Source of the DNA: a bacterium
GTDB lineage: Bacteria > Bacillota > Clostridia > Oscillospirales > CAG-272
Length of the DNA stretch: 64,000 nt
Assembly (NCBI GenBank): GCA_963642885.1
Contig: CAVIJI010000008.1
Span: forward strand, 14,873-78,872
Reading direction: 5' to 3'
This document shows positions 39,661 to 48,294 of this stretch, in pieces. A program made the translations under genes and the position numbers. Numbering within the stretch: the stretch's first letter is position 1; every line of letters begins with the position of its first letter. The notes below the pieces were generated by a model. That model saw only the letters and a list, made by a program, of their open reading frames with translations, ran no database searches and was not told the origin of the DNA.

Positions 39661-41241
39661 TTATTTACCGCTTTCTCCGTAATTTGCCAGAACCCTTGCA
39701 GATGGATCATTTACATCACATCCTGCCCAATCTTTGTTCGGCATCCAGAATCCTGTAATCATTTCCGCCTGATCGGGATAATATTTTTCGAATAACTCCC
39801 TGTACAGCAATGACTCCTTGGTAAACGGAACGGCATATGTGTATTTTTTTATTCTGTTTTTAAATTCATCATCCGTGTACTTCTTTTCGGCAAATGCTTT
39901 CAAATCATCCACCATGGAATGCCCAACCGCATCACTGAATGCGGCTTTCTCTCTCATCAAGATGTTTCTCGGAAGCCATTCACCCTCAAATGCGTGTCTT
40001 AAAAGATATTTACCTATGCCCCGGCTGTTAATCTTCATTTCGGGATTAAGTGCTAAAACATACTGTGCAAAATCTATATCTCCGAACGGAACTCTCGCCT
40101 CAAGTGAATTTACCGAAATACATCTGTCGGCTCTCAGCACATCATACATGTGTATCTCGCGGATTCTTTTCTCGGATTCCTTTTGAAAAGCATAAGCCGA
40201 TGGAGCGTAATCGGTGTATTTATATCCGAAAAGCTCATCCGAAATTTCACCTGTCAATATCACACGCAAATCAGTGTTATCGTGTATATATTTGCATACC
40301 AAATACATACCTATCGAAGCACGAATTGTCGTAATGTCATATGAGCCGATTACAGACACAACCGTCGGTAATGCCTCTAAAACATCACTCTCGGTAATTA
40401 TTACCTCCGTATGTTCGGATTTAATATAATCCGCAACCTCTCTCGCATATTTTAAATCTATCGCATCGGTGCTCATTCCAATAGCAAAGGTTCTGATAGG
40501 CTTTTCCGAAAGTCTTGCGGCAATCGAGCAAACAAGCGATGAATCCAAGCCTCCGGATAATAAAAATCCTATCGGTGCATCTGCATCCAAACGCTTCTTT
40601 ACTCCGCTTATCAACTTATCTTTGATTTTCCGTGCCGATGTTTCGAGGTCATCGTATATTACACTCTTCGGGCATGAAATATCATTGTAGCAGATAAATC
40701 TACCTCTTTTGTAAAAATGTCCCGGAGGAAACGGTTTGATTTTATCACAGATACCTACAAGGTTTTTGGCTTCGCTTGCGAACAATATCCCGCCGCATTT
40801 ATCAAAGCCGTAAAACAAAGGACGTATTCCTATCGGATCACGTGCGGCAATTAACTCCTTTGCTTTGCCATCGTAAATAATGCATGCGAACTCTGCGTCC
40901 AACTTTGCGAACATATCGGTTCCGTATTCCTTGTATAAAGGAAGAAGAAGTTCACAATCCGATTCTCCGAAAAACTTATAACCTTTGCCTTCAAGCTCCG
41001 TTTTCAGGCTTCTGAAGCCGTATATTTCACCGTTGCATACAGAATAACAGTCTTCATACGAAAACGGCTGCATTCCCCTCTCATCCGGTCCCATAATCGA
41101 AAGTCTGTGAAATCCGAGTATGCCGCCATCGACATTTATAATCCTCGACATATCCGGCCCACGTGATACTGTTTTATCAAAGCCTTCGATGAATTTTTCC
41201 TGTGATATTGTATTTCCGTAATATCCCATGATAGAACACAT
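39661..41241 (-). CDS. asnB: Asparagine synthase (glutamine-hydrolysing)
   Basis: 526 aa. N-terminal Cys2 (MCSIMGYYG) and PP-loop SGGLDSS. Confidence 0.9.
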   Translation of the reverse strand: MCSIMGYYGNTISQEKFIEGFDKTVSRGPDMSRIINVDGGILGFHRLSIMGPDERGMQPFSYEDCYSVCNGEIYGFRSLKTELEGKGYKFFGESDCELLLPLYKEYGTDMFAKLDAEFACIIYDGKAKELIAARDPIGIRPLFYGFDKCGGILFASEAKNLVGICDKIKPFPPGHFYKRGRFICYNDISCPKSVIYDDLETSARKIKDKLISGVKKRLDADAPIGFLLSGGLDSSLVCSIAARLSEKPIRTFAIGMSTDAIDLKYAREVADYIKSEHTEVIITESDVLEALPTVVSVIGSYDITTIRASIGMYLVCKYIHDNTDLRVILTGEISDELFGYKYTDYAPSAYAFQKESEKRIREIHMYDVLRADRCISVNSLEARVPFGDIDFAQYVLALNPEMKINSRGIGKYLLRHAFEGEWLPRNILMREKAAFSDAVGHSMVDDLKAFAEKKYTDDEFKNRIKKYTYAVPFTKESLLYRELFEKYYPDQAEMITGFWMPNKDWAGCDVNDPSARVLANYGESGK

Positions 41242-41251
41242 ATTATACTCC

Positions 41252-41509
41252 GTTTAAGCACAACTTTATTGAATTTCAGGACGAACTGTGCTGTCCGCGG
41301 TGCCACCTGTATTATCCGCATAGGATCTCTTTACTGCTCATTATTTAAGCATTGCAAATTAACGCTTTGCACACGCCGTACCTACTGTCATATATATGAG
41401 TTCGGTTTGGGGCTCGAAGGTGTTATTCGCGCAGGCATCGGAATACGTTTCTCACTGTCACGTACTCACTGTGTCCTCTGTATCTGCGGTACTTCTCCTC
41501 GTCACAGCC
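41252..41509 (-). promoter_or_regulatory. T-box riboswitch, Asn specifier (AAC)
   Basis: Minus-strand reading: GUGACGAGGAGAAGUA stem I base; specifier loop CGAAU-AAC-A (AAC at 41424-41422); T-box AGGUGGCACCGCGG (41308-41295), where UGGC predicts discriminator G. No U-tract terminator is visible before the GGAG SD at 41251-41248. Confidence 0.8.
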
Positions 41510-41566
41510 TTTTTTCACTTTATTTTTTAATTATAATTGTTTTATTCTCGGTAAGCCGATTCTACT

Positions 41567-43660
41567 TTATCTGACTCCGAAAAGAAGCTCACCGTATGAC
41601 GGATAAGGCCAATTTTCACCTGAGGCAATAGTTTCCATTTCATCCGCGGGAATACGCATTGCTTTCATATCCGGAATAATCGTTGATTTATAAAACTCGG
41701 CAAGCTCGGCACAGTCTTTAATCGATTTTGCCGAAATAAGATCGAGCTCCGTCTTCTTTACAGCCGCATTGCATGCTCCGATTAATGCGCACAGATTCTT
41801 AATACTTTCCTTTTCATAGGTGCAATCCACATCAACGTCAAATGATGTTTTTACGGCAGCATTTTGCGCAAGCTCTGCCGAATATTTACTCATCGCGGGA
41901 AGTATATCTTTTCTCGCCATATCGAGCATTGTGAGTGCTTCTATATTTATTATCTTACAATAATTTTCAAGAAGTACCTCATGTCTTGCGATAAGCTCCG
42001 TTTTGCTGTACACATTATGACTTGTGAACAGCAATACATTTTTATCGTCCAACATATGCGAGAGTGCATCGGGAGTGGTTTTGAAATTGTACAAACCTCT
42101 CTTTTCCGCTTCCTTTACCCAAGATTCATCGTATCCGTCGCCGTTAAAGATTATTCTCTTATGCTCTTTAATTGTTTTCTTAATAAGCTCATGCAAATCT
42201 GCTTCGAAATTGTTTGAACCCTCGAGTATATCGGCAAACTGCTTCAATTCCTCGGCAACAGTCGTATTCAGCACCGTATTTGCACATGATATCGAAGCGG
42301 CTGAGCCGAGCATACGGAATTCGAATTTATTTCCCGTGAACGCGAAAGGACTTGTTCTGTTTCTGTCCGTCGTATCTTTGGGGAACTTGGGAAGAGTATG
42401 TACACCGATACGCATTAACTCTTTTTGCTTCGAATCGTACTTTTCGTCCTTCTCGATTGCTTCGAGTATTTCCGAAAGATCTGTACCGAGAAACATCGAA
42501 ACTATCGCAGGCGGTGCCTCGTTAGCACCTAATCTGTGATCGTTTCCGGCGGATGCTACCGAAATTCTGAGAAGATCCTGATATTCATCAACGGCTTTGA
42601 TTACGGCACAAAGGAAAAGTAAGAATTGCGCATTTTCGTACGGTGTTTCTCCGGGTTCGAGAAGGTTGGTTCCTTTATCCGTTGATATGGACCAGTTGTT
42701 ATGCTTACCGCTTCCGTTCACACCCGCAAACGGCTTTTCATGAAGCAAACATACCATTCCGTGACGTTTTGCAACCTTTTGCATCATTTCCATAGTAATT
42801 TGATTGTGATCAGCCGCAATATTCGTCGTAGTAAATATCGGTGCCATTTCATGCTGTGCGGGAGCTACTTCATTATGTTCTGTTTTCGCCAAAACTCCCA
42901 GCTTCCACAATTCTTCGTTGAGTTCCTTCATAAATGAGGCTACACGTGGTTTTATGGCACCGAAATAGTGATCGTCAAGTTCCTGTCCCTTCGGAGCCAT
43001 TGCACCGAACAAAGTTCTTCCCGTATATATCAAATCTTTTCTCTTGTCATACAGATTCTTATCGACTAAGAAATATTCCTGTTCGGGGCCTACCGTCGTT
43101 TTTACCGATGAAACATCATCGTTTCCGAATAATTTCAAAACGCGTAAAGCCTGACGGTTTATCGCCTCCATGGAACGGAGAAGTGCTGTTTTCTGATCGA
43201 GAGCCTCACCGCCGTACGAACAAAATACCGTCGGAATATAGAGCACACCGTCTTTTATAAACGCATATGAAGTTGCATCCCACGCCGTATATCCTCTCGC
43301 TTCAAATGTAGCACGCAATCCGCCCGACGGGAATGAAGAAGCATCGGGCTCACCGCGCATCAGCTCCTTACCTGAGAATTCCATTATCACTTTTCCGTTA
43401 GGCTTCGGCGAGATAAAGCTGTCGTGCTTCTCGGCAGTAACACCCGTCATCGGCTGGAACCAATGAGTATAGTGAGTTGCCCCTTTTTCGATTGCCCAAT
43501 CTTTCATTGCGTTCGCGACAACAGTAGCTACTTCAGTATCAAGATGCTTTCCGTTTTTTATTGTTTTTTGTAATGTCTTATATGTTTCCTTGGGAAGTCT
43601 TGCCTCCATCACGGAATCATCGAAAACCATTGACGCAAATAATTCGGTTATTGTACTCAT
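41567..43660 (-). CDS. glnN: Glutamine synthetase type III
   Basis: Start moved to ATG 43660 with a GGAGG RBS. About 697 aa. [28 protein letters not shown]... and length typical of GSIII. Confidence 0.88.
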   Translation of the reverse strand: MSTITELFASMVFDDSVMEARLPKETYKTLQKTIKNGKHLDTEVATVVANAMKDWAIEKGATHYTHWFQPMTGVTAEKHDSFISPKPNGKVIMEFSGKELMRGEPDASSFPSGGLRATFEARGYTAWDATSYAFIKDGVLYIPTVFCSYGGEALDQKTALLRSMEAINRQALRVLKLFGNDDVSSVKTTVGPEQEYFLVDKNLYDKRKDLIYTGRTLFGAMAPKGQELDDHYFGAIKPRVASFMKELNEELWKLGVLAKTEHNEVAPAQHEMAPIFTTTNIAADHNQITMEMMQKVAKRHGMVCLLHEKPFAGVNGSGKHNNWSISTDKGTNLLEPGETPYENAQFLLFLCAVIKAVDEYQDLLRISVASAGNDHRLGANEAPPAIVSMFLGTDLSEILEAIEKDEKYDSKQKELMRIGVHTLPKFPKDTTDRNRTSPFAFTGNKFEFRMLGSAASISCANTVLNTTVAEELKQFADILEGSNNFEADLHELIKKTIKEHKRIIFNGDGYDESWVKEAEKRGLYNFKTTPDALSHMLDDKNVLLFTSHNVYSKTELIARHEVLLENYCKIINIEALTMLDMARKDILPAMSKYSAELAQNAAVKTSFDVDVDCTYEKESIKNLCALIGACNAAVKKTELDLISAKSIKDCAELAEFYKSTIIPDMKAMRIPADEMETIASGENWPYPSYGELLFGVR

Positions 43661-43680
43661 CTTAATCCTCCAAATGAATG

Positions 43681-43749
43681 AAAAAAGCGACAATCGGGCA
43701 GGAAAATATCGGTCTGAACAGACCGTATTTTACCGACGCCATTGTCGCT
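43681..43749 (-). terminator. Long interrupted terminator hairpin in the glnN leader
   Basis: Minus strand: AGCGACAAT (43749-43741) pairs with ATTGTCGCT (43694-43686), followed by T6. The interior holds GGUAAAAUA/UAUUUUCC and CGGUCU-GUUC-AGACCG helices. Ends 20 nt before the RBS. Confidence 0.7.
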
Positions 43750-43816
43750 GTTAATCATATTAATATTATAAGTGAACACCTGTATCATTAACGGTTGTCC
43801 GCTTACTATGTGCATT

Positions 43817-43845
43817 ATTATATCACCCACATAAAGTCTTGTCAA
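43817..43845 (-). promoter_or_regulatory. Consensus promoter of glnN
   Basis: Minus strand: TTGACA (43845-43840), 17-nt spacer, TGaTATAAT (-10 at 43822-43817). Confidence 0.75.
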
Positions 43846-43875
43846 TCAGTAAAATAAAAAAACACGTCTGACACC

Positions 43876-43904
43876 TTGACAAATTTTTGCCGTCAAAGTA
43901 TAAT
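43876..43904 (+). promoter_or_regulatory. Consensus promoter of glnA
   Basis: TTGACA (43876-43881), 17-nt spacer, TATAAT (43899-43904). The spacer carries the inverted repeat TTGAC...GTCAA. Confidence 0.75.
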
Positions 43905-43970
43905 ATTTTCTGAAATTTTGATAAAATCATTCGAATTTATCACTTAATCACATTAACTCGGAGTAATTCT

Positions 43971-45185
43971 ATGAAATATACCGCTGATGAAGTTTTTGAT
44001 TATATCGAACAGGAAGACGTAAGCTTTGTTCGCCTTGCATTCTGTGATGTTCACGGCAGACAAAAAAATGTTTCCGTTATGCCGCATGAACTGAAGCGTG
44101 CCTTCGAATACGGTGTTTCATTTGACGCCACGGCTATTAACGGCTTTACATTTGATTCTAACGGAAAATCCGACCTCCTTCTTTTCCCGATTCCTTCGAC
44201 ATTGAACGTACTTCCGTGGAGACCTTCTCACGGTAAGGTTGTAAGAATGTTCTGTAATATAAAATATCCCGACGGCAGAATGTTCGAAAAAAACTCTCGT
44301 GCTGTACTGGAAAACGCTATATCCGAAGCAAAAGAAATGGGAATTACAGTCAAAATCGGATCCGAATATGAATTTTACCTTTTCAAAACCGATGAAGACG
44401 GAAATCCGACAAAAATACCGTTTGACAAAGCGGGGTATATGGATGTAGCCCCCGAGGATAAGGGAGAAAACGTACGCCGTGAAATATGTCTCACATTAAT
44501 CGATATGGATATACAGCCCGAATGCTCTCACCATGAAGAAGGGCCCGGTCAAAACGAAATCGACTTCCGTTACAGTGACGCTATGACAGCCGCAGACAAT
44601 GCGATGAATTTCATCACCGTTGTTAAAGCTACGGCAACACACAACGGTTTGTACGCGGATTTTTCTCCAAAGCCACTTTCCGATAAACCGGGTAACGGAC
44701 TCCACATAAATATGTCAATCTCATCGGACAGCGGAATTGATTACAGTGATTATTTCATAGCGGGTATATTGGACCACATATATGACATGAGTTTGATTCT
44801 CAACCCATGCGAGGAGTCTTACGCAAGACTCGGAAAGCTGAAAGCACCGAAATATATAAGCTGGGCTGCCGAAAACCGTTCTCAATTAATCAGAATTCCC
44901 GCGGCTTCAGGTGAATTCAAAAGATTCGAGCTTCGCTCACCCGACCCCATGGCAAATCCGTATCTCGCTTATGCCGTATTGATTTATGCCGGATTAGACG
45001 GTATCAGGAGAAAGCTTAACTTATCTAAGCCATCGGATATCGATCTTTATTCAGCGGACAACGATACGCTATCCGAATTTAAAAAACTTCCCGAAACATA
45101 TACCGAAGCGGTCAATGCCGCTCTTTCAAGCGACTTTATTTCATCAATACTTCCATTTGACGTTCGCTCTCTCATAAACAGATAA
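43971..45185 (+). CDS. glnA: Glutamine synthetase family protein (short type I)
   Basis: 404 aa. HHEEGPGQNEIDFRY, SPKPLSDKPGNGLHINMS and RIPA...ELRSPDPMANPYLA motifs. Confidence 0.82.
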   Translation: MKYTADEVFDYIEQEDVSFVRLAFCDVHGRQKNVSVMPHELKRAFEYGVSFDATAINGFTFDSNGKSDLLLFPIPSTLNVLPWRPSHGKVVRMFCNIKYPDGRMFEKNSRAVLENAISEAKEMGITVKIGSEYEFYLFKTDEDGNPTKIPFDKAGYMDVAPEDKGENVRREICLTLIDMDIQPECSHHEEGPGQNEIDFRYSDAMTAADNAMNFITVVKATATHNGLYADFSPKPLSDKPGNGLHINMSISSDSGIDYSDYFIAGILDHIYDMSLILNPCEESYARLGKLKAPKYISWAAENRSQLIRIPAASGEFKRFELRSPDPMANPYLAYAVLIYAGLDGIRRKLNLSKPSDIDLYSADNDTLSEFKKLPETYTEAVNAALSSDFISSILPFDVRSLINR

Positions 45186-45195
45186 GGAGGCAAAA

Positions 45196-45786
45196 ATGCT
45201 TGAAGAAACGTCTCCTTATCGTGTATTGATTGTATCAGACACAGATAAAGTCTCCGATTATATAACGGATTTGCTTCCGAAACGTGAGTTTTCGCCAATA
45301 CTTCGGGCAAGCAGTGCAGGCGATGCAAAGCGCATGCTTCTATCATCGGAATGTGATATTGTGATAATCAACTCTCCCTTACCGGACGAATTCGGCACTG
45401 AGCTGGCTATTGATATTTCGGAGGATCTGTCAAAAACAGCGGTAATGCTTCTCGTAAAAAGTGACAGCTACGATGCTGTTTCGTACAAAGTAGAAAAGAG
45501 CGGTGTTCTCACATTGCCTAAGCCGAATACCAAACAAAATATATATGCGTCAGTGCGGCTTCTCGCGGCGATGAGCATGAAATTAAATCAACTTGAGAAA
45601 AAAAATCGTTCTCTGCAGGATAAAATGACCGATATTCGTACTGTCAACAGAGCTAAATGGCTTCTTATAGAGAATCTGAACATGACGGAAAAGGAAGCAC
45701 ATTATTATATCGAAAAGCAGGCTATGGATATGCGAATGACACGCCGCGACGTTGCTTTCGGAATAATCCGTACATACGATAAATAA
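45196..45786 (+). CDS. ANTAR-domain RNA-binding antiterminator with pseudo-receiver domain
   Basis: 196 aa. REC-like N-terminus in which the phospho-acceptor position reads DIVIINSPLP (Asn, not Asp). Coiled-coil linker. ANTAR motif IRTVNRAKWLLIENLNMTEKEAHYYIEKQAMDMRMTRRDVAFGII. Lies 10 nt after the glnA stop. Confidence 0.85.
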   Translation: MLEETSPYRVLIVSDTDKVSDYITDLLPKREFSPILRASSAGDAKRMLLSSECDIVIINSPLPDEFGTELAIDISEDLSKTAVMLLVKSDSYDAVSYKVEKSGVLTLPKPNTKQNIYASVRLLAAMSMKLNQLEKKNRSLQDKMTDIRTVNRAKWLLIENLNMTEKEAHYYIEKQAMDMRMTRRDVAFGIIRTYDK

Positions 45787-45846
45787 AACAAAACCATCGT
45801 TTTTAACCGTAAAAATAACTCGGTTAAATCGCGATGGTTTTGTTTT
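45785..45846. terminator. Bidirectional terminator
   Basis: AAAACAAAACCATCG (45785-45799) pairs with CGATGGTTTTGTTTT (45832-45846), with an inner AACCG/CGGTT stem. Confidence 0.85.
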
Positions 45847-45855
45847 ATGGATTTT

Positions 45856-46023
45856 TTACAGCACAATCAAAAGAATGGAGACCACGGAAATCAGTGCACC
45901 GACAACCGATGTTATCGTGTAGATTTTCTTTGATTCCTTATCATCCTTTTCTTTCGCGAGATAATAAAGTCCTGCTCCGAGAATAAGTACCCCGATGATA
46001 AGTCCGATGATTTTTACAGCCAT
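45856..46023 (-). CDS. Small two-TM membrane protein (55 aa) coupled to the P-type ATPase gene
   Basis: The ATG at 46023 lies 2 nt after the ATPase stop, with a GGAGG inside the ATPase 3' end. MAVKIIGLIIGVLILGAGLYYLAKEKDDKESKKIYTITSVVGALISVVSILLIVL. Confidence 0.6.
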   Translation of the reverse strand: MAVKIIGLIIGVLILGAGLYYLAKEKDDKESKKIYTITSVVGALISVVSILLIVL

Positions 46024-46025
46024 AT

Positions 46026-47897
46026 TTATTTTTTCCTCCATGTTAATAAAAATGCAGAATTGGTAATTACAAGAACAGAACCTGCGTTGTGTACAAGAGC
46101 CCCTACAACGGGATTCAGTGTGCCGACAATAGCCAATGCTATTGCGATAAAGTTCAATGTCATGGAAAACGTCATGTTGAGCTTGATAACAGTCATCATC
46201 CGTTTTGAGAGTGCAACAAGATGCGGAAGTTCTTTAACCTCATCGTCAACCAAAGCAATATCTGCGGCATCAACCGCAATATCACTGCCCACACCGCCCA
46301 TGGCAATACCGATATCCGCTTTTTTGAGTGCGGGAGCATCGTTAATACCATCGCCGATCATACAGACTGACATATCTTTGTTTTGATATTCACCGATATA
46401 TTTCAGTTTATCTTCAGGCAAACAATTTGCACGTACTTCTTTAATGTGTAGATTTTCGGCTATATTTTTCGCCGCATTTTCGTTGTCACCCGTTAAAAGT
46501 ACAGGCTGAATTCCCAGATTCGATAACGATTCAATGGTTTGGGCACTTTCTTTACGCAAGGTATCCGATAATGCGATAAATCCTGCGAATACACCGTCTA
46601 TGGCAATATATGTTACGGTACAACCCTTTGCTATATACGATTCGGCGTCATGATTTTTCTCGAATACGATGCCGTTTTCGGAAAGCAATTCTCTGTTTCC
46701 GGCTAAAACATCTTTTCCGTCAACTCGCGCACAAACTCCCCTTCCGGGTATCATTTTAAAATTATCAGCCTGACTCAGTGCTGCTCCGCTTTTTTTATAA
46801 CAGTTGACAATAGCTTTTCCGAGAGGATGCTCGGATAACTGCTCTGCCGAAGCTGCCGATTTGTATATGTCATCCTTGCCTATCTCTTTAACAACACTTA
46901 CAACGCCGACAACCTCGGGTGTTCCGTAGGTTAATGTGCCCGTCTTGTCAAATGCGATTACTTTGGCTTTTGATAACCTCTCGAGAGCATCGCCTTCCCG
47001 CACGAGAAAACCGTGCTTTGTAGCATTTCCGATAGCAGCCATTATGGCGGTCGGTGTAGCCAAAACCAATGCACAAGGGCAGAACACGACCAATATTGTA
47101 ACCGCACGGATAATTTTACCTGTAAATAGCCATGTTAATCCCGCGGCGGAAAGAGCGAATACAACTATCCATGTTGCCCAGCTGTCTGCCAAACCGACTA
47201 TCTTAGCCTTACCCGCATCGGCAGACTGTACCAAACGAATCATTCTTTGGATAGAACTGTCTTCTCCTACTTTTGTCGCTTCCATTTCAAAAGCTCCGAA
47301 TTGGTTAACAGTACCGCTTGATACACTATCTCCGACGGATTTATCTACGGGAAGTGATTCTCCTGTCATTACAGCCTGATTGATTGATGTCTGACCGGAA
47401 ATAATAACACCGTCGACGGGAACTCCCTCACCCGGTAAAACACGAATACGATCCCCTACCGCTACATTTTCGGCGGGAATAATATTTTCCGTACCGTCTT
47501 TGATTACTCTTGCAGTTTGAGGTGTCAGGTGTACCAGCTTTTCGATGCCCGCTCTTGCTCTCGCAACTGTCAATTCCTCAAGCAAAGCTCCGAGCTGCAT
47601 GATAAACGCCACTTCACCTGCGGCAAAATCCTCACCGATGCAAACAGATGCTATCAACGCAAGAGATACAAGCACATCCGCTTTGATATCGAACGCCGTT
47701 ATCAAGCCGATAATCGCCTCTAAAATTATAGGAACTCCACATAAAATTATGGCAACCCATGCCATATCAAACGGGAACGGCTGAAACTTTAACAGACTGC
47801 AAACAACCGCTATGCCCGATATCACAAGTAAGGTTATATCCTTCTTAATTCCACCGAGACTCAGTAGATCCTGAAGTTTTTCCATTGCGCGTTTCAT
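46026..47897 (-). CDS. P1B-type heavy-metal-translocating ATPase lacking an N-terminal metal-binding domain
   Basis: 623 aa. CPC (FCPCALVLATPTA), DKTGTLT, GDGINDAPAL and TM6 VHNAGSVLV. The N-terminus starts directly in membrane segments with no CxxC. Confidence 0.88.
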   Translation of the reverse strand: MKRAMEKLQDLLSLGGIKKDITLLVISGIAVVCSLLKFQPFPFDMAWVAIILCGVPIILEAIIGLITAFDIKADVLVSLALIASVCIGEDFAAGEVAFIMQLGALLEELTVARARAGIEKLVHLTPQTARVIKDGTENIIPAENVAVGDRIRVLPGEGVPVDGVIISGQTSINQAVMTGESLPVDKSVGDSVSSGTVNQFGAFEMEATKVGEDSSIQRMIRLVQSADAGKAKIVGLADSWATWIVVFALSAAGLTWLFTGKIIRAVTILVVFCPCALVLATPTAIMAAIGNATKHGFLVREGDALERLSKAKVIAFDKTGTLTYGTPEVVGVVSVVKEIGKDDIYKSAASAEQLSEHPLGKAIVNCYKKSGAALSQADNFKMIPGRGVCARVDGKDVLAGNRELLSENGIVFEKNHDAESYIAKGCTVTYIAIDGVFAGFIALSDTLRKESAQTIESLSNLGIQPVLLTGDNENAAKNIAENLHIKEVRANCLPEDKLKYIGEYQNKDMSVCMIGDGINDAPALKKADIGIAMGGVGSDIAVDAADIALVDDEVKELPHLVALSKRMMTVIKLNMTFSMTLNFIAIALAIVGTLNPVVGALVHNAGSVLVITNSAFLLTWRKK

Positions 47898-47910
47898 TTA
47901 CATCCTCCTT

Positions 47911-47961
47911 ATACCTTATGGGGTATGTGTATATTATACTTATAGGGGTATATGTTGTCAA
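47911..47961 (-). promoter_or_regulatory. ATPase promoter with two CsoR-type operator boxes
   Basis: Minus strand: TTGACA (47961-47956), 17-nt spacer, TATAAT (47938-47933). Box ATACCCCTATAAGTAT (47951-47936) fills the spacer. Box ATACCCCATAAGGTAT (47926-47911) lies just downstream of the -10. Confidence 0.7.
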
Positions 47962-47971
47962 TGGTGAAAAT

Positions 47972-48002
47972 AAAAAAATCAGTCGCTCGGACTGATTTTT
48001 TT
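47972..48002. terminator. Terminator between csoR and the ATPase promoter
   Basis: AATCAGTC / GACTGATT hairpin flanked by A7 and T-run. Confidence 0.75.
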
Positions 48003-48004
48003 AT

Positions 48005-48280
48005 TTATTGCATATTGGCGAATCTTTCTACGGCCTTGGTAAAGCTCTCTATGGTTTTATCCGCATCCCCGTGCTCTATACCATCACGGACACAATGCTT
48101 TATATGTCCCTCGAGAACTACTTTACCGCATCCGTTCAAAGCGGATTTAGCCGCGTTAATCTGTGCCAGTACATCTTCACAAGGCACATCTTCATCAACC
48201 ATTCTCTCTATAGCTTGTACCTGACCTATAATTTTTTTTAATCTGCGATGCAGATTTTCCGCATCCATGCATTGCTTCAT
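48005..48280 (-). CDS. csoR: CsoR/RcnR-family metal-sensing repressor (C-H-C ligand pattern)
   Basis: 91 aa. LHRRLKKIIGQVQAIERMV, Cys in VPCEDV, and His/Cys in HIKHC. Confidence 0.88.
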   Translation of the reverse strand: MKQCMDAENLHRRLKKIIGQVQAIERMVDEDVPCEDVLAQINAAKSALNGCGKVVLEGHIKHCVRDGIEHGDADKTIESFTKAVERFANMQ

Positions 48281-48294
48281 ACTTTATCATCTCC

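Noticed and set aside
43681-43810. A canonical ANTAR dual-hairpin target (two hexaloops with A1/G4) in the glnN leader.
   Set aside because: A manual scan of every ANNGNN hexamer found only one with a supporting stem of 4 bp or more (CGAC-AAUGGC-GUCG). The tandem motif is not demonstrable by eye, so it is kept only as a hypothesis.
43657-43845. 62-aa ORF overlapping the glnN leader, containing an Asn-rich stretch (YNINMINSDN), considered as a nitrogen-sensing leader peptide.
   Set aside because: It has no RBS. It begins upstream of or at the predicted transcription start and runs through the terminator and into the glnN RBS. The Asn richness is explained by AT-rich sequence.
43875-43897. Inverted repeat TTGACAAATTTTTGCCGTCAA in the glnA promoter spacer, considered as a TnrA/GlnR box.
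   Set aside because: It does not fit the TGTNA-N7-TNACA consensus in either half-sites or spacing. One arm is simply the -35 hexamer.
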